A DNA stretch of 42,963 nucleotides from an uncultured Candidatus Saccharibacteria bacterium (lineage in GTDB: Bacteria > Patescibacteriota > Minisyncoccia > Phycocordibacterales > UBA9973), in the NCBI GenBank assembly GCA_964468315.1, contig CAYXTA010000005.1, positions 1 to 42,963 of the forward strand, in the 5' to 3' direction. The position numbers and the translations under genes are program-made. Every line of letters begins with the position of its first letter. Position 1 is the stretch's first letter. Shown one piece after another: positions 35,692 through 42,963 of the stretch. A model generated the notes under the pieces. That model made no database searches and had not been told where the DNA came from. It saw only the letters and a list, made by a program, of their open reading frames with translations.

Positions 35692-37191
35692 GCTTGTACA
35701 GTCCGCTAATTCTAGGACTAGATTAAATGGAGAAGCTATTGCAAACTCTAGCTTTTTTCCGTTTACAGTCGGGTTCTGAAGTAGAGAGTTCAAAAATGCT
35801 CTTTTTCCTGCAACATCAGAACTATTTTCAAAAATTGTTTTTGCTCTGCGTGCTACAGAAACAATCATAGCAACGGTAGTTTGATAATCGTAGTCTGCTT
35901 TTCTATGCTCGGACATTTCAATTTCTAGTAGCTGTATTTTATCAGTGTACTCTTGGTGCTTTTTGTCATAAGTATCCTTAGTAATACTCGTATCTAAAAA
36001 TGCTTCAAGTAATCTATTCTTTTTTGCTTCTAAGTTATCGTGGTCTGTGCGTATGCGATTTATCTGTGCCTTATGAAAAACTATTTCAGCTTCAGTATTC
36101 TTGCGTAGGTCATTTACAAGCTCGTTCTGTGCTTCCTCTGTAATGCTCTCAAATCGCTCTAAAACCTCGTACACGGGCTTCAAGAGGTCGTTCTCGTTGA
36201 TGTATATCCTCTTACAAATACGCTTTGCGTTAGTGCAAGAATAATAGATAAAAATAAGTCCACTTTTCTTAGTCTTGGTTTCAGCTGTCATTGCACAACC
36301 GCAGTTTTGACACTTAAGCAAACCCTTGAATATAAAATCTTTAGAATGTGCCTTATAGGGCAAATTGGTGCGTTTAAGGCGTACCTGTTTGCATTTATCA
36401 AACAATTCTTTGCTTATAAGACGAGGGTATTTATGTGCATACGCACCGTATTTTTCTGATACAGCAATACCACAAAAGAAGCTATCCTTTAAGATATTTT
36501 CAATACTACTTCTTCCAAGCTCGTTCCCATTTAGAGTGCGTAGCCCAAGCTCTGTGATTTTTATTCGTATCGTTTCTAGTGAGTGTTCGTCTGTTGCGTA
36601 AAGCTCAAACATTTTTGCAACTAAATGTCCTCGTTCAGGGTCAATTATTATATCTTTGCGTAATCTTCTTTCTGTATCTAAAGAAACATTAAGATAACCC
36701 AAGCGTACTCCGCCAGTCCATTCGCCATTTCTTCGTTTGTTTTCAAATGCTCGTCTTACATTGTCGCCAATAGCATCGGAATAGTATTTTGCCAAACCCA
36801 AGCTCATACCAAATTGGAACTTCTCAACAGCAGACATTTGAGTATTTATAATCTGTCCTTCTGATACAAAGTGAAGTTCAATCTTATCAGCAATCGCAAG
36901 TTCGTAGAGCCGAGCAACTCTTTTATCAAAAACACTTCTTGAAAGTCGGTCTACTTTATCAAAGCAAACAGATATTTTTTCTTTTTTAATTATATCCTCA
37001 ACATACTCAAGCAATTTATCAAACTCATCTCGTTTATCTTTATACGCACTTTCATCAAAACTGAAAGATTTTATTATCTCAAAAGATTTCTTTTTACAGT
37101 AACTATTGATACGCTCAATTTGAGCAGGCAACGAGTTTCCAGCTTCTTTTTGTTCTTCAGTTGATACTCGTGATACATTTATTGCTTTCAT
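35629..37191 (-). CDS. Large serine recombinase (resolvase + recombinase + zinc ribbon + coiled coil)
   Basis: SRVSTEEQ catalytic motif, DKVDRLSR, LG.LN, CQNCG..YYSC; the C-terminus overlaps the tRNA antisense. Confidence 0.92.
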   Translation of the reverse strand: MKAINVSRVSTEEQKEAGNSLPAQIERINSYCKKKSFEIIKSFSFDESAYKDKRDEFDKLLEYVEDIIKKEKISVCFDKVDRLSRSVFDKRVARLYELAIADKIELHFVSEGQIINTQMSAVEKFQFGMSLGLAKYYSDAIGDNVRRAFENKRRNGEWTGGVRLGYLNVSLDTERRLRKDIIIDPERGHLVAKMFELYATDEHSLETIRIKITELGLRTLNGNELGRSSIENILKDSFFCGIAVSEKYGAYAHKYPRLISKELFDKCKQVRLKRTNLPYKAHSKDFIFKGLLKCQNCGCAMTAETKTKKSGLIFIYYSCTNAKRICKRIYINENDLLKPVYEVLERFESITEEAQNELVNDLRKNTEAEIVFHKAQINRIRTDHDNLEAKKNRLLEAFLDTSITKDTYDKKHQEYTDKIQLLEIEMSEHRKADYDYQTTVAMIVSVARRAKTIFENSSDVAGKRAFLNSLLQNPTVNGKKLEFAIASPFNLVLELADCTSWLPDLDSNQDNLLQREVSYH

Positions 37192-37193
37192 AA

Positions 37194-38366
37194 TTAAAAT
37201 ACTTTTTCTAATTTCTTTTTTGAAATTGAAGTTTTTTTGAGTTTATTTATTTGTGTTTTTTCCATTAAAAATAAGTACTCTTTATGAGCATCATTTTCGT
37301 TGGAAGCGTTGAGCCATTCATTCGTCCAACGCATACTTGCCATTATGTTTTTCTTATAGTCAATTTCTATTATTTTAAGAACTTTCCCCGTTTCATTTAA
37401 GATTGTTTCAAGCTCTTTTTTTGTTGCCCTCCCTCCAGAGCTGTAAGAAAGCATAACGTATTTTGCATTAGTTTTTTGTATGAGTGTTCTAATCGCTTCC
37501 ATAGCGATAAAATTACCATTATCATTTTTTCTGAACTCTTCAAAAATTGAGCCAGCGATTAAATCTCTACTATCTTCTCGTCTGTTTACCTTACCAAAAA
37601 GTTTTGGTTTATCATTTTTAATAACAGTTGTCCAAATGTGGTAATAAGAAGCATATCTAACACGACTAGGGGGCATTTTCTCATTGTTTGAACCATAAGG
37701 GGGGTCAAAATAAGCTAGGTCAAAAGAGTGTTTCTCTACCACCTTGTAAATATCATCTTTGATTATCTTATGTTTACCAGTTGTCTTTTTTAGATTTGGC
37801 AATTTAAGAAAAAGGTCATTATAGGAACGAGCAGACCACTTGGAAAGATAAGAAACGAAGTGTCCAAGGGTACTGTCTACAGCATCAAGTGCGAACAATA
37901 AACTTGTTAGCACAACTGCTTTGTCTGTGTCATTTAATTTTAATTCATCAATTCTATCTCTTATCGCATCTAGCTTTCTTGTATTTTTCTTTTGAAAAGG
38001 CATCTTTACTTCCATTTCCTCATCACCTCCGTAGTGCTTTGTAAACCAACCATCGTAACCCTTAAGAGCGTTCAACTCATCAAGTATTGTTTGGTAGTAT
38101 TCTCTATCTTTATCGTGCAAGAGAAAACATTTTGCACAAACTTCAGACCAATCTGCTATATCACTAGAGGTAACATCGTAACCAGCTTGAGCAAGTGCTT
38201 GACTTACTCTAGTTGAACCACTAAAACCATCCAAAACGGTTTTAATTTCTAGGTCTTTTATAGTTTCTAATATGTAAGGAATTATTTTGAGCTTAGAGCC
38301 AGCATATTTAATTCCTTGTGTTTTTATATCAGAAAAATCTTTTTGATTAAATAATGTTTTTGACAT
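37194..38366 (-). CDS. N6-adenine DNA methyltransferase (D12/FokI-like class)
   Basis: KYAGSK, LDGFSGS (motif I), YFDPPY (motif IV), LSYS. Confidence 0.88.
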   Translation of the reverse strand: MSKTLFNQKDFSDIKTQGIKYAGSKLKIIPYILETIKDLEIKTVLDGFSGSTRVSQALAQAGYDVTSSDIADWSEVCAKCFLLHDKDREYYQTILDELNALKGYDGWFTKHYGGDEEMEVKMPFQKKNTRKLDAIRDRIDELKLNDTDKAVVLTSLLFALDAVDSTLGHFVSYLSKWSARSYNDLFLKLPNLKKTTGKHKIIKDDIYKVVEKHSFDLAYFDPPYGSNNEKMPPSRVRYASYYHIWTTVIKNDKPKLFGKVNRREDSRDLIAGSIFEEFRKNDNGNFIAMEAIRTLIQKTNAKYVMLSYSSGGRATKKELETILNETGKVLKIIEIDYKKNIMASMRWTNEWLNASNENDAHKEYLFLMEKTQINKLKKTSISKKKLEKVF

Positions 38367-38368
38367 AA

Positions 38369-39220
38369 TTATAATTTTTTCAATCTATCTATATCTTTTT
38401 GTAGAATGATATTTGCTTCCTTGTGGCTTTCTTCAGTGCTATTTAATGCCAAACTAAACAACTTAACTAGCGTGTGATTATGAGAGTAGTCAATCCACCC
38501 ATTTGTAAGACTATCAAAGTAATTTAGTGCGTTTTTTGTATTTGTCCAAAGACCTCTCTGAAGTGCATTTGCTGAAGCACCTCCGTAACGTACTTCACAT
38601 ATATATTCACCATTACTATCTAAAAACATAAAGATTGGATGTTGTCTTGTTTTTCCTGTCTTCTTACCACTATGACTTTCTCCATTACCAATATATTTAA
38701 TTCTAGCAGTTTCATTCATTGCTTTTTCGTGGTCAAAAACCATAATGTTACATTGTTTCTTTTTTTCATTATAAATCAGAGGCATTACATTTATATTATT
38801 GAAATCTGCAAATGCAGGAGACGCAAATATATCTTTTATTTTCTTTTTATCCGTAATGTCCTTGCCTTGTATTTCAAGGAATGGAAACATTTTTTGTTCA
38901 CTATCTGTTGAAAGTTGTAAGGGACCGTCTCCGTATGCTTTTAAGCTTACAGGGAATTGAGATTTTGTTACTTCATTGATAATCATAATATCCTCCTCTC
39001 TTTCTTTTGCTCTGAAAAGGTCTTTACCGACGTGTATACTTCTGAAGTCATACATAAACTGATTGATAAACTCAGCAATTCCTATTTCTGCTAAATCCCC
39101 GTGAGTTTTGTTACCAATAAGTCTCATAGTAAATATGTTAGACAAGGTATTTATAACCAAATGCCTGTGCTTACTTACTAGTAACTTAAATCTATCTTTG
39201 AAATCTTTATATGGGTTCAT
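38369..39220 (-). CDS. Putative type II restriction endonuclease
   Basis: 2 nt upstream of the MTase; GDLAE...EDI...SLKAY resembles a PD-(D/E)xK variant. Confidence 0.6.
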   Translation of the reverse strand: MNPYKDFKDRFKLLVSKHRHLVINTLSNIFTMRLIGNKTHGDLAEIGIAEFINQFMYDFRSIHVGKDLFRAKEREEDIMIINEVTKSQFPVSLKAYGDGPLQLSTDSEQKMFPFLEIQGKDITDKKKIKDIFASPAFADFNNINVMPLIYNEKKKQCNIMVFDHEKAMNETARIKYIGNGESHSGKKTGKTRQHPIFMFLDSNGEYICEVRYGGASANALQRGLWTNTKNALNYFDSLTNGWIDYSHNHTLVKLFSLALNSTEESHKEANIILQKDIDRLKKL

Positions 39221-39240
39221 AATTTTAATTTATATAATAA

Positions 39241-39420
39241 TTATTTTGTACTTACTTTTTTAAGAAAAGTATTAAACTCTACTTTATCAATCCTAAAATC
39301 ACGACCGATTTTGTGTGCTTTCAAACGACCTGCTTTTATGTAGCGGTAAATGGTCATAATGTTTACCTCTAGTAATTCAGCTAAGTCTTCTGCTTTATAA
39401 AACTCTTTTTCTTTAATCAT
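39241..39420 (-). CDS. Excisionase-like helix-turn-helix protein, 59 aa (absent from the ORF track)
   Basis: MIKEKEFYKAEDLAELLEVNIMTIYRYIKAGRLKAHKIGRDFRIDK. Confidence 0.88.
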   Translation of the reverse strand: MIKEKEFYKAEDLAELLEVNIMTIYRYIKAGRLKAHKIGRDFRIDKVEFNTFLKKVSTK

Positions 39421-39443
39421 AAATGTTTTGTATTTACCTAATA

Positions 39444-39472
39444 ATTATACTTTACTCCGCTTTACATAGCAA
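39444..39472 (-). promoter_or_regulatory. Promoter for the HTH-REase-MTase-recombinase run
   Basis: Minus strand TTGCTA-17 nt-TATAAT. Confidence 0.65.
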
Positions 39473-39632
39473 CTTTATCGTCAGTGAACAACTTTTTCCT
39501 TCGTATTCCTTGTTTTATGCGTTCTGATAATTGTCTTCTGTATTCAAGATTTAGCTCTCGTGTCATTGCTTCACGAAAGAAGTTTCTTTTGAGCTTTCTT
39601 TTAGCATTTTGTTTTTCTTTATTGTTTTTCAT
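39462..39632 (-). CDS. 56-aa basic small protein (absent from the ORF track)
   Basis: MKNNKEKQNAKRKLKKKLLREAMTRELNLEYRRQLSERIKQGIRRKKLFTDDKVAM; start overlaps the Rep 3' end. Confidence 0.6.
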   Translation of the reverse strand: MKNNKEKQNAKRKLKRNFFREAMTRELNLEYRRQLSERIKQGIRRKKLFTDDKVAM

Positions 39633-40734
39633 AAGTTTTAATTTTATATGGTTTATAATCTTCCAATGCTTTATCTATCTGCATTACCCAATCTCGGAGA
39701 TTATTTTTGGTTATAAGCTTGCCAGCGTGTTGCATATCTTTGGCTATACGATACCAAGTCATAACATTACACTTTTTAGATATGATTGAGCGTAATTCTC
39801 GCATTCCATTTTCGTCCCTACCAAGCATATACAATCCTAAAAGGTATATAGCTCGGTTTGGTTTGATTTTGCTGTCAGCTAAATAAATGGTTCTTATGGC
39901 ATCTTTTACACTTAACGAGATTGAAAACAGTCCAAGATTGCGTTCTTTGATGAGTTTTTGCCAATAATCTTTTACCACCTTTTGAGACATTTCTTTATTG
40001 AAAACATCTTTGAAAAGGGGGTTCTTCTGATAGCCCAATTTTTCAAGTACGCTGTTCATTTTTTGTTTTTGGATTAAGCGGATTTCAAAGCGTATAACTT
40101 CAAACATTTCTTTCTTTTTAATTTCACCAAACAAACTTCGTTGATAAAGTGTTTGGTCTTTATCTATTGCTCGCTTCTTATCCTTACCCAAGTCAGCTAC
40201 TTTGTCGTAAATAACAAGCTCGTGCGAGGCGGTATGAGCGTACAAACTTTGTCCGTCATTGATAAATCTTGCCTTTGCAAAATCAAAACTCTTTCGTAGG
40301 TCTATCTTACCAATTTCGCTAATAATGTGGCTTGCGGTATATCCGCCTTCAAGTTTTATGTTCTTTGAAAAATGAACAGAGCTTACTGAAGCATTTTCAA
40401 GAACTAACCTTGTAACTATTACGCCCATAGTTTTAAGTCTTTCCTGTAAGGTTTCAATTACTTTAGGAAAATCTTTTTCTTCAAGTTCGTCTAGGTTATT
40501 TAGGTATAACAACTTAGGGACTGAAAACTCCATACGAACATTCGCATCTTGAGAAAACCGCCGTTTATATCCAGTCAGTCTGGGAAAATAATTTCCTGTA
40601 TCTTTTTCCGCTTTATTCGGATTACGAACAAACTTCGCATAGTCGTCTGTCTTAGAATACAACTCCCAACTCACTACTCCCGAAAGGTAAATCATTTTTT
40701 CTTTTGGTATGAGTAAACATATTGTATCAATCAT
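39619..40734 (-). CDS. Putative rolling-circle replication initiator (Rep_trans / phage CRI-like)
   Basis: MIDTI, MEFSVPKLLYLNN, ELVIYDK, IRFEIRL. Confidence 0.65.
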   Translation of the reverse strand: MIDTICLLIPKEKMIYLSGVVSWELYSKTDDYAKFVRNPNKAEKDTGNYFPRLTGYKRRFSQDANVRMEFSVPKLLYLNNLDELEEKDFPKVIETLQERLKTMGVIVTRLVLENASVSSVHFSKNIKLEGGYTASHIISEIGKIDLRKSFDFAKARFINDGQSLYAHTASHELVIYDKVADLGKDKKRAIDKDQTLYQRSLFGEIKKKEMFEVIRFEIRLIQKQKMNSVLEKLGYQKNPLFKDVFNKEMSQKVVKDYWQKLIKERNLGLFSISLSVKDAIRTIYLADSKIKPNRAIYLLGLYMLGRDENGMRELRSIISKKCNVMTWYRIAKDMQHAGKLITKNNLRDWVMQIDKALEDYKPYKIKTYEKQ

Positions 40735-40894
40735 AATTTTCTGTCTTTTTAATCTGATAAATATCTAACGCAGGATTTTGTTTTTTGTCTTCCTGAATAA
40801 GCCATCCAAAAGCACCGACCAACCTCGCCCTTTCATCAAAAGAGAGGTCTTTCATTCTGAACGGCTTTTTCAGTTGTTCATTAACTTCCTGCAT
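40727..40894 (-). CDS. 55-aa small protein coupled to Rep (absent from the ORF track)
   Basis: MQEVNEQLKKPFRMKDLSFDERARLVGAFGWLIQEDKKQNPALDIYQIKKTENYD; its stop overlaps the Rep ATG by 8 nt. Confidence 0.6.
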   Translation of the reverse strand: MQEVNEQLKKPFRMKDLSFDERARLVGAFGWLIQEDKKQNPALDIYQIKKTENYD

Positions 40895-40899
40895 AGAAA

Positions 40900-40923
40900 A
40901 CCCCGAAGGGTTATCTTCAGGGT
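40900..40923 (-). terminator. Hairpin between the 422-aa gene and the Rep operon
   Basis: Minus strand ACCCUGAAG-auaacc-CUUCGGGGU then UUUCU; an alternative AACCC-UUCG-GGGUU stem overlaps it. Confidence 0.5.
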
Positions 40924-40947
40924 ATTAGATACGGTACTTAAGTTTGC

Positions 40948-42216
40948 TTAATTTTTATTTATATATTTTGTGTTCAATCTTGCAGAATGTTTGGTTAGTT
41001 CAAATATATTTTCTACTTCGGGGATTGATAACTTTACCTTTCTATTGAATTGATAGATTGCATTTTTTACAGCAGTTTCGTTTACATCATTACCACCCAG
41101 TAACTCGCTTATGTCATACAAACTCCATTCTGTATAAGTGTTTTTTGGGTTCTGAAAGATAACTCTTAGAACTTCTTTTTGTACTTGCCCTTGAACTTTT
41201 ACCTTGTATTCTTTACCTTCTTGGTCAGATAAAGTCATCGTTCCTGTTTGGGAAGAAAAACTTAAGTTCAGCTTAAGTCCTTTGGTTTTTTCTGTTTCAA
41301 CTGCATCTTTTTTTACTTGCCCAAGTAGAGAAGGAAGTGTTATCGGGGTCTGATGGAACTTAACATTCCAAAGCTCTGTATCATTCCAATTTCTAACTTT
41401 TATTCTTGTTTCTCTTTCTAGGTAAGACATTATTTTAATCACTTCAAAACCCTGCTCTAATAAAGCAGAAAATGGTATGTTTACGCACCCATCAATTTCA
41501 GGTAATGCCTTTATGTATCCAAAAAAGTTTTCAAGTTGTTTTGAAAAATAGAACCTCTTACTTTTATAGATGGGTTTCTTATCAATAAAATCGTCTTGTG
41601 AGAAAGAAAAAAGTAAATCATCAATGTCTTTATTAAGTTGGTCTACTCCTTTTTGGTCAAAATCTATTTCAATTTCAATAAAAGGTGCGGAGATAGAGGA
41701 AATGTATTGTATATATCTATGAAAATCGTTTTCAGTAAAATTAACTCCATTTGTATTTATATTACCGAAAGTAGCTTTTTTATTCGTTCTGAAGTACGCT
41801 TCTCGTTGCCTCTCCTGTAGCTTATCAAGGTCTGATATTTCTTTTATAATACCAGTGTAATACATAACAGTATCTTCCGTGCATTCTTTATTATTTAATG
41901 CTTCCCGTATAACTTTTTCTCGTAACGCATCTAAATCAGTAACGCTTATCCTTTTGATTTTACCTAACTTCAAATCTCTAGTAATTTGTACCACCTGACG
42001 AAGAACTAAATCCTCAACAGAGCCATAGTCATTGGTATCTTGCACTTCTTCTGTTATTTCCTCAATCTTCCAATACTCACCTTTAAGAAATTGCTCTAAT
42101 GTAAGTATATTTTGCCCTCTATAATATCCCTCAAGTAGTATATGAAGTGTAAGTAGGTTTATATCGCTATTGAAGTAATCAAAAGGTTTTAAGTAAAAGT
42201 CTTCATCTTCTTCCAT
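40948..42216 (-). CDS. Hypothetical protein with a C-terminal winged-helix-like domain
   Basis: C-terminal QKEVLRVIFQ..WSLYDISELL..AVKNAIYQFNRKVK; N-terminal part not recognised. Confidence 0.65.
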   Translation of the reverse strand: MEEDEDFYLKPFDYFNSDINLLTLHILLEGYYRGQNILTLEQFLKGEYWKIEEITEEVQDTNDYGSVEDLVLRQVVQITRDLKLGKIKRISVTDLDALREKVIREALNNKECTEDTVMYYTGIIKEISDLDKLQERQREAYFRTNKKATFGNINTNGVNFTENDFHRYIQYISSISAPFIEIEIDFDQKGVDQLNKDIDDLLFSFSQDDFIDKKPIYKSKRFYFSKQLENFFGYIKALPEIDGCVNIPFSALLEQGFEVIKIMSYLERETRIKVRNWNDTELWNVKFHQTPITLPSLLGQVKKDAVETEKTKGLKLNLSFSSQTGTMTLSDQEGKEYKVKVQGQVQKEVLRVIFQNPKNTYTEWSLYDISELLGGNDVNETAVKNAIYQFNRKVKLSIPEVENIFELTKHSARLNTKYINKN

Positions 42217-42269
42217 TTATATAGTTTACTTTAGTTTACAATACTTTTCAAGATTGTTATTATAATCTT

Positions 42270-42827
42270 ATGCCCAAAAAGCAAAAAACGATTGAAATAA
42301 AGTATGAGGAAATGGAGCAATATGATACCTCTTGGGACGATGAAGTAATGGCAAAAAAGGAAGAACGATATTCTTCACTCATAGGTTCATTCTTAATATG
42401 GTTCAGTAATCTTGAACATAGCTTAGATATAGAGTTGGCTAATATTATCAACGAGCGTGCACACGATGAGGGCTATATAATAATCAAAGATTTAGAAATG
42501 TTTGAAAAGATTGAGCTTTTTTACAATCTTGCATTTCCTAGAATTAACTTTTCAGATAAGAAGAAGACACAGAAATTAAAACAATTAAATAAAATCAGAA
42601 AAGAACTAGAAGATTTAAGTATTATAAGGAATAAGATAGCACACGCAAAGTGGAATACTTTAGACAAAGATGGATATGTAAGAGTAGATACTAAAACTAA
42701 TAAAGAAAATGGGCTTATCAAGTTTAGAAAGTTCAAGATTACACCAATAATAATGAAGCAAGGTGTTAGACAAATTGAAGGGCTAACTGAAAGACTTTCT
42801 ATATTTAGAGAGAACATATTTCGGTAG
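42270..42827 (+). CDS. HEPN-domain protein
   Basis: Helical protein with F..LE motif and RNKIAH (R-X4-H). Confidence 0.65.
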   Translation: MPKKQKTIEIKYEEMEQYDTSWDDEVMAKKEERYSSLIGSFLIWFSNLEHSLDIELANIINERAHDEGYIIIKDLEMFEKIELFYNLAFPRINFSDKKKTQKLKQLNKIRKELEDLSIIRNKIAHAKWNTLDKDGYVRVDTKTNKENGLIKFRKFKITPIIMKQGVRQIEGLTERLSIFRENIFR

Positions 42828-42871
42828 GAAAAAGGTTTAATATACCACTAAACTGCAATTCACTTTTAATA

Positions 42872-42926
42872 CTAGCCCAGTTTGCGGTTCTGAACCTGTC
42901 CACTACTGCCAGCAAACTTGAGCTAG
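42872..42926. other. Long imperfect stem-loop in non-coding DNA
   Basis: Minus strand CTAGCTCAAGTTTGC...GCAAACTGGGCTAG: 14 bp with one bulge and G-U pairs. Confidence 0.6.
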
Positions 42927-42963
42927 CACGAGATGCTTATAAATTGAGCTTTCGAATTAGCAA

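Larger units (their letters stand above)
35692..42963. mobile_element. tRNA-Gln-anchored integrative element (right end beyond the window)
   Basis: Recombinase abutting the tRNA 3' end, Xis-like HTH, Rep-like gene, R-M and HEPN cargo. No second att copy seen in the window. Confidence 0.75.

Noticed and set aside
944-42817. Many 60-207 aa ORFs in the track overlapping recognised genes on the opposite strand or in another frame (e.g. 1519-1914, 18916-19308, 27727-28350, 32674-33117, 42521-42817)
   Set aside because: Shadow ORFs of well-supported genes with no motifs of their own.
35692-42963. Prophage
   Set aside because: No terminase, capsid, portal, tail or lysis genes in the window.

Overview
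AT-rich window from a Patescibacteria (CPR) genome, most likely Parcubacteria/Paceibacteria. The lineage call rests on the 16S 5' end and on CPR-typical gene families. The left edge holds the 5' end of a minus-strand 16S rRNA gene with its promoter. Housekeeping and stress genes follow: lexA with a palindromic SOS box, engB, msrAB, a P1B ATPase, lemA/TPM, PIF1 helicase, secG, a peptide-binding protein, rnj, mscL and dsbB/thioredoxin. Three accessory zones stand out. (1) About 10.4-16.6 kb, a defence/DNA-processing patch: an ArsR-like gene bracketed by palindromic direct repeats; a tight five-gene run of MazG-like pyrophosphatase, GIY-YIG/DUF2075-helicase/LexA-S24 fusion, HEPN-like protein, extended RNase H and Smr; and an orphan MazF-like toxin facing a candidate ~50-nt RNA. 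(2) About 29.2-35.5 kb, secreted surface proteins: two Bacteroidota-style proteins ending in T9SS-like C-terminal motifs flank a 1205-aa NHL-repeat protein. (3) From tRNA-Gln(CTG) at 35618 to the right edge, an integrative element: a large serine recombinase whose ORF runs antisense through the tRNA, a putative type II R-M pair, an Xis-like HTH, a rolling-circle-type Rep and a HEPN protein. Many genes have a -10 box exactly 6 nt before the ATG, suggesting leaderless mRNAs. No CRISPR array or reverse transcriptase was seen. All family assignments come from motif recognition by eye; no database search was run.
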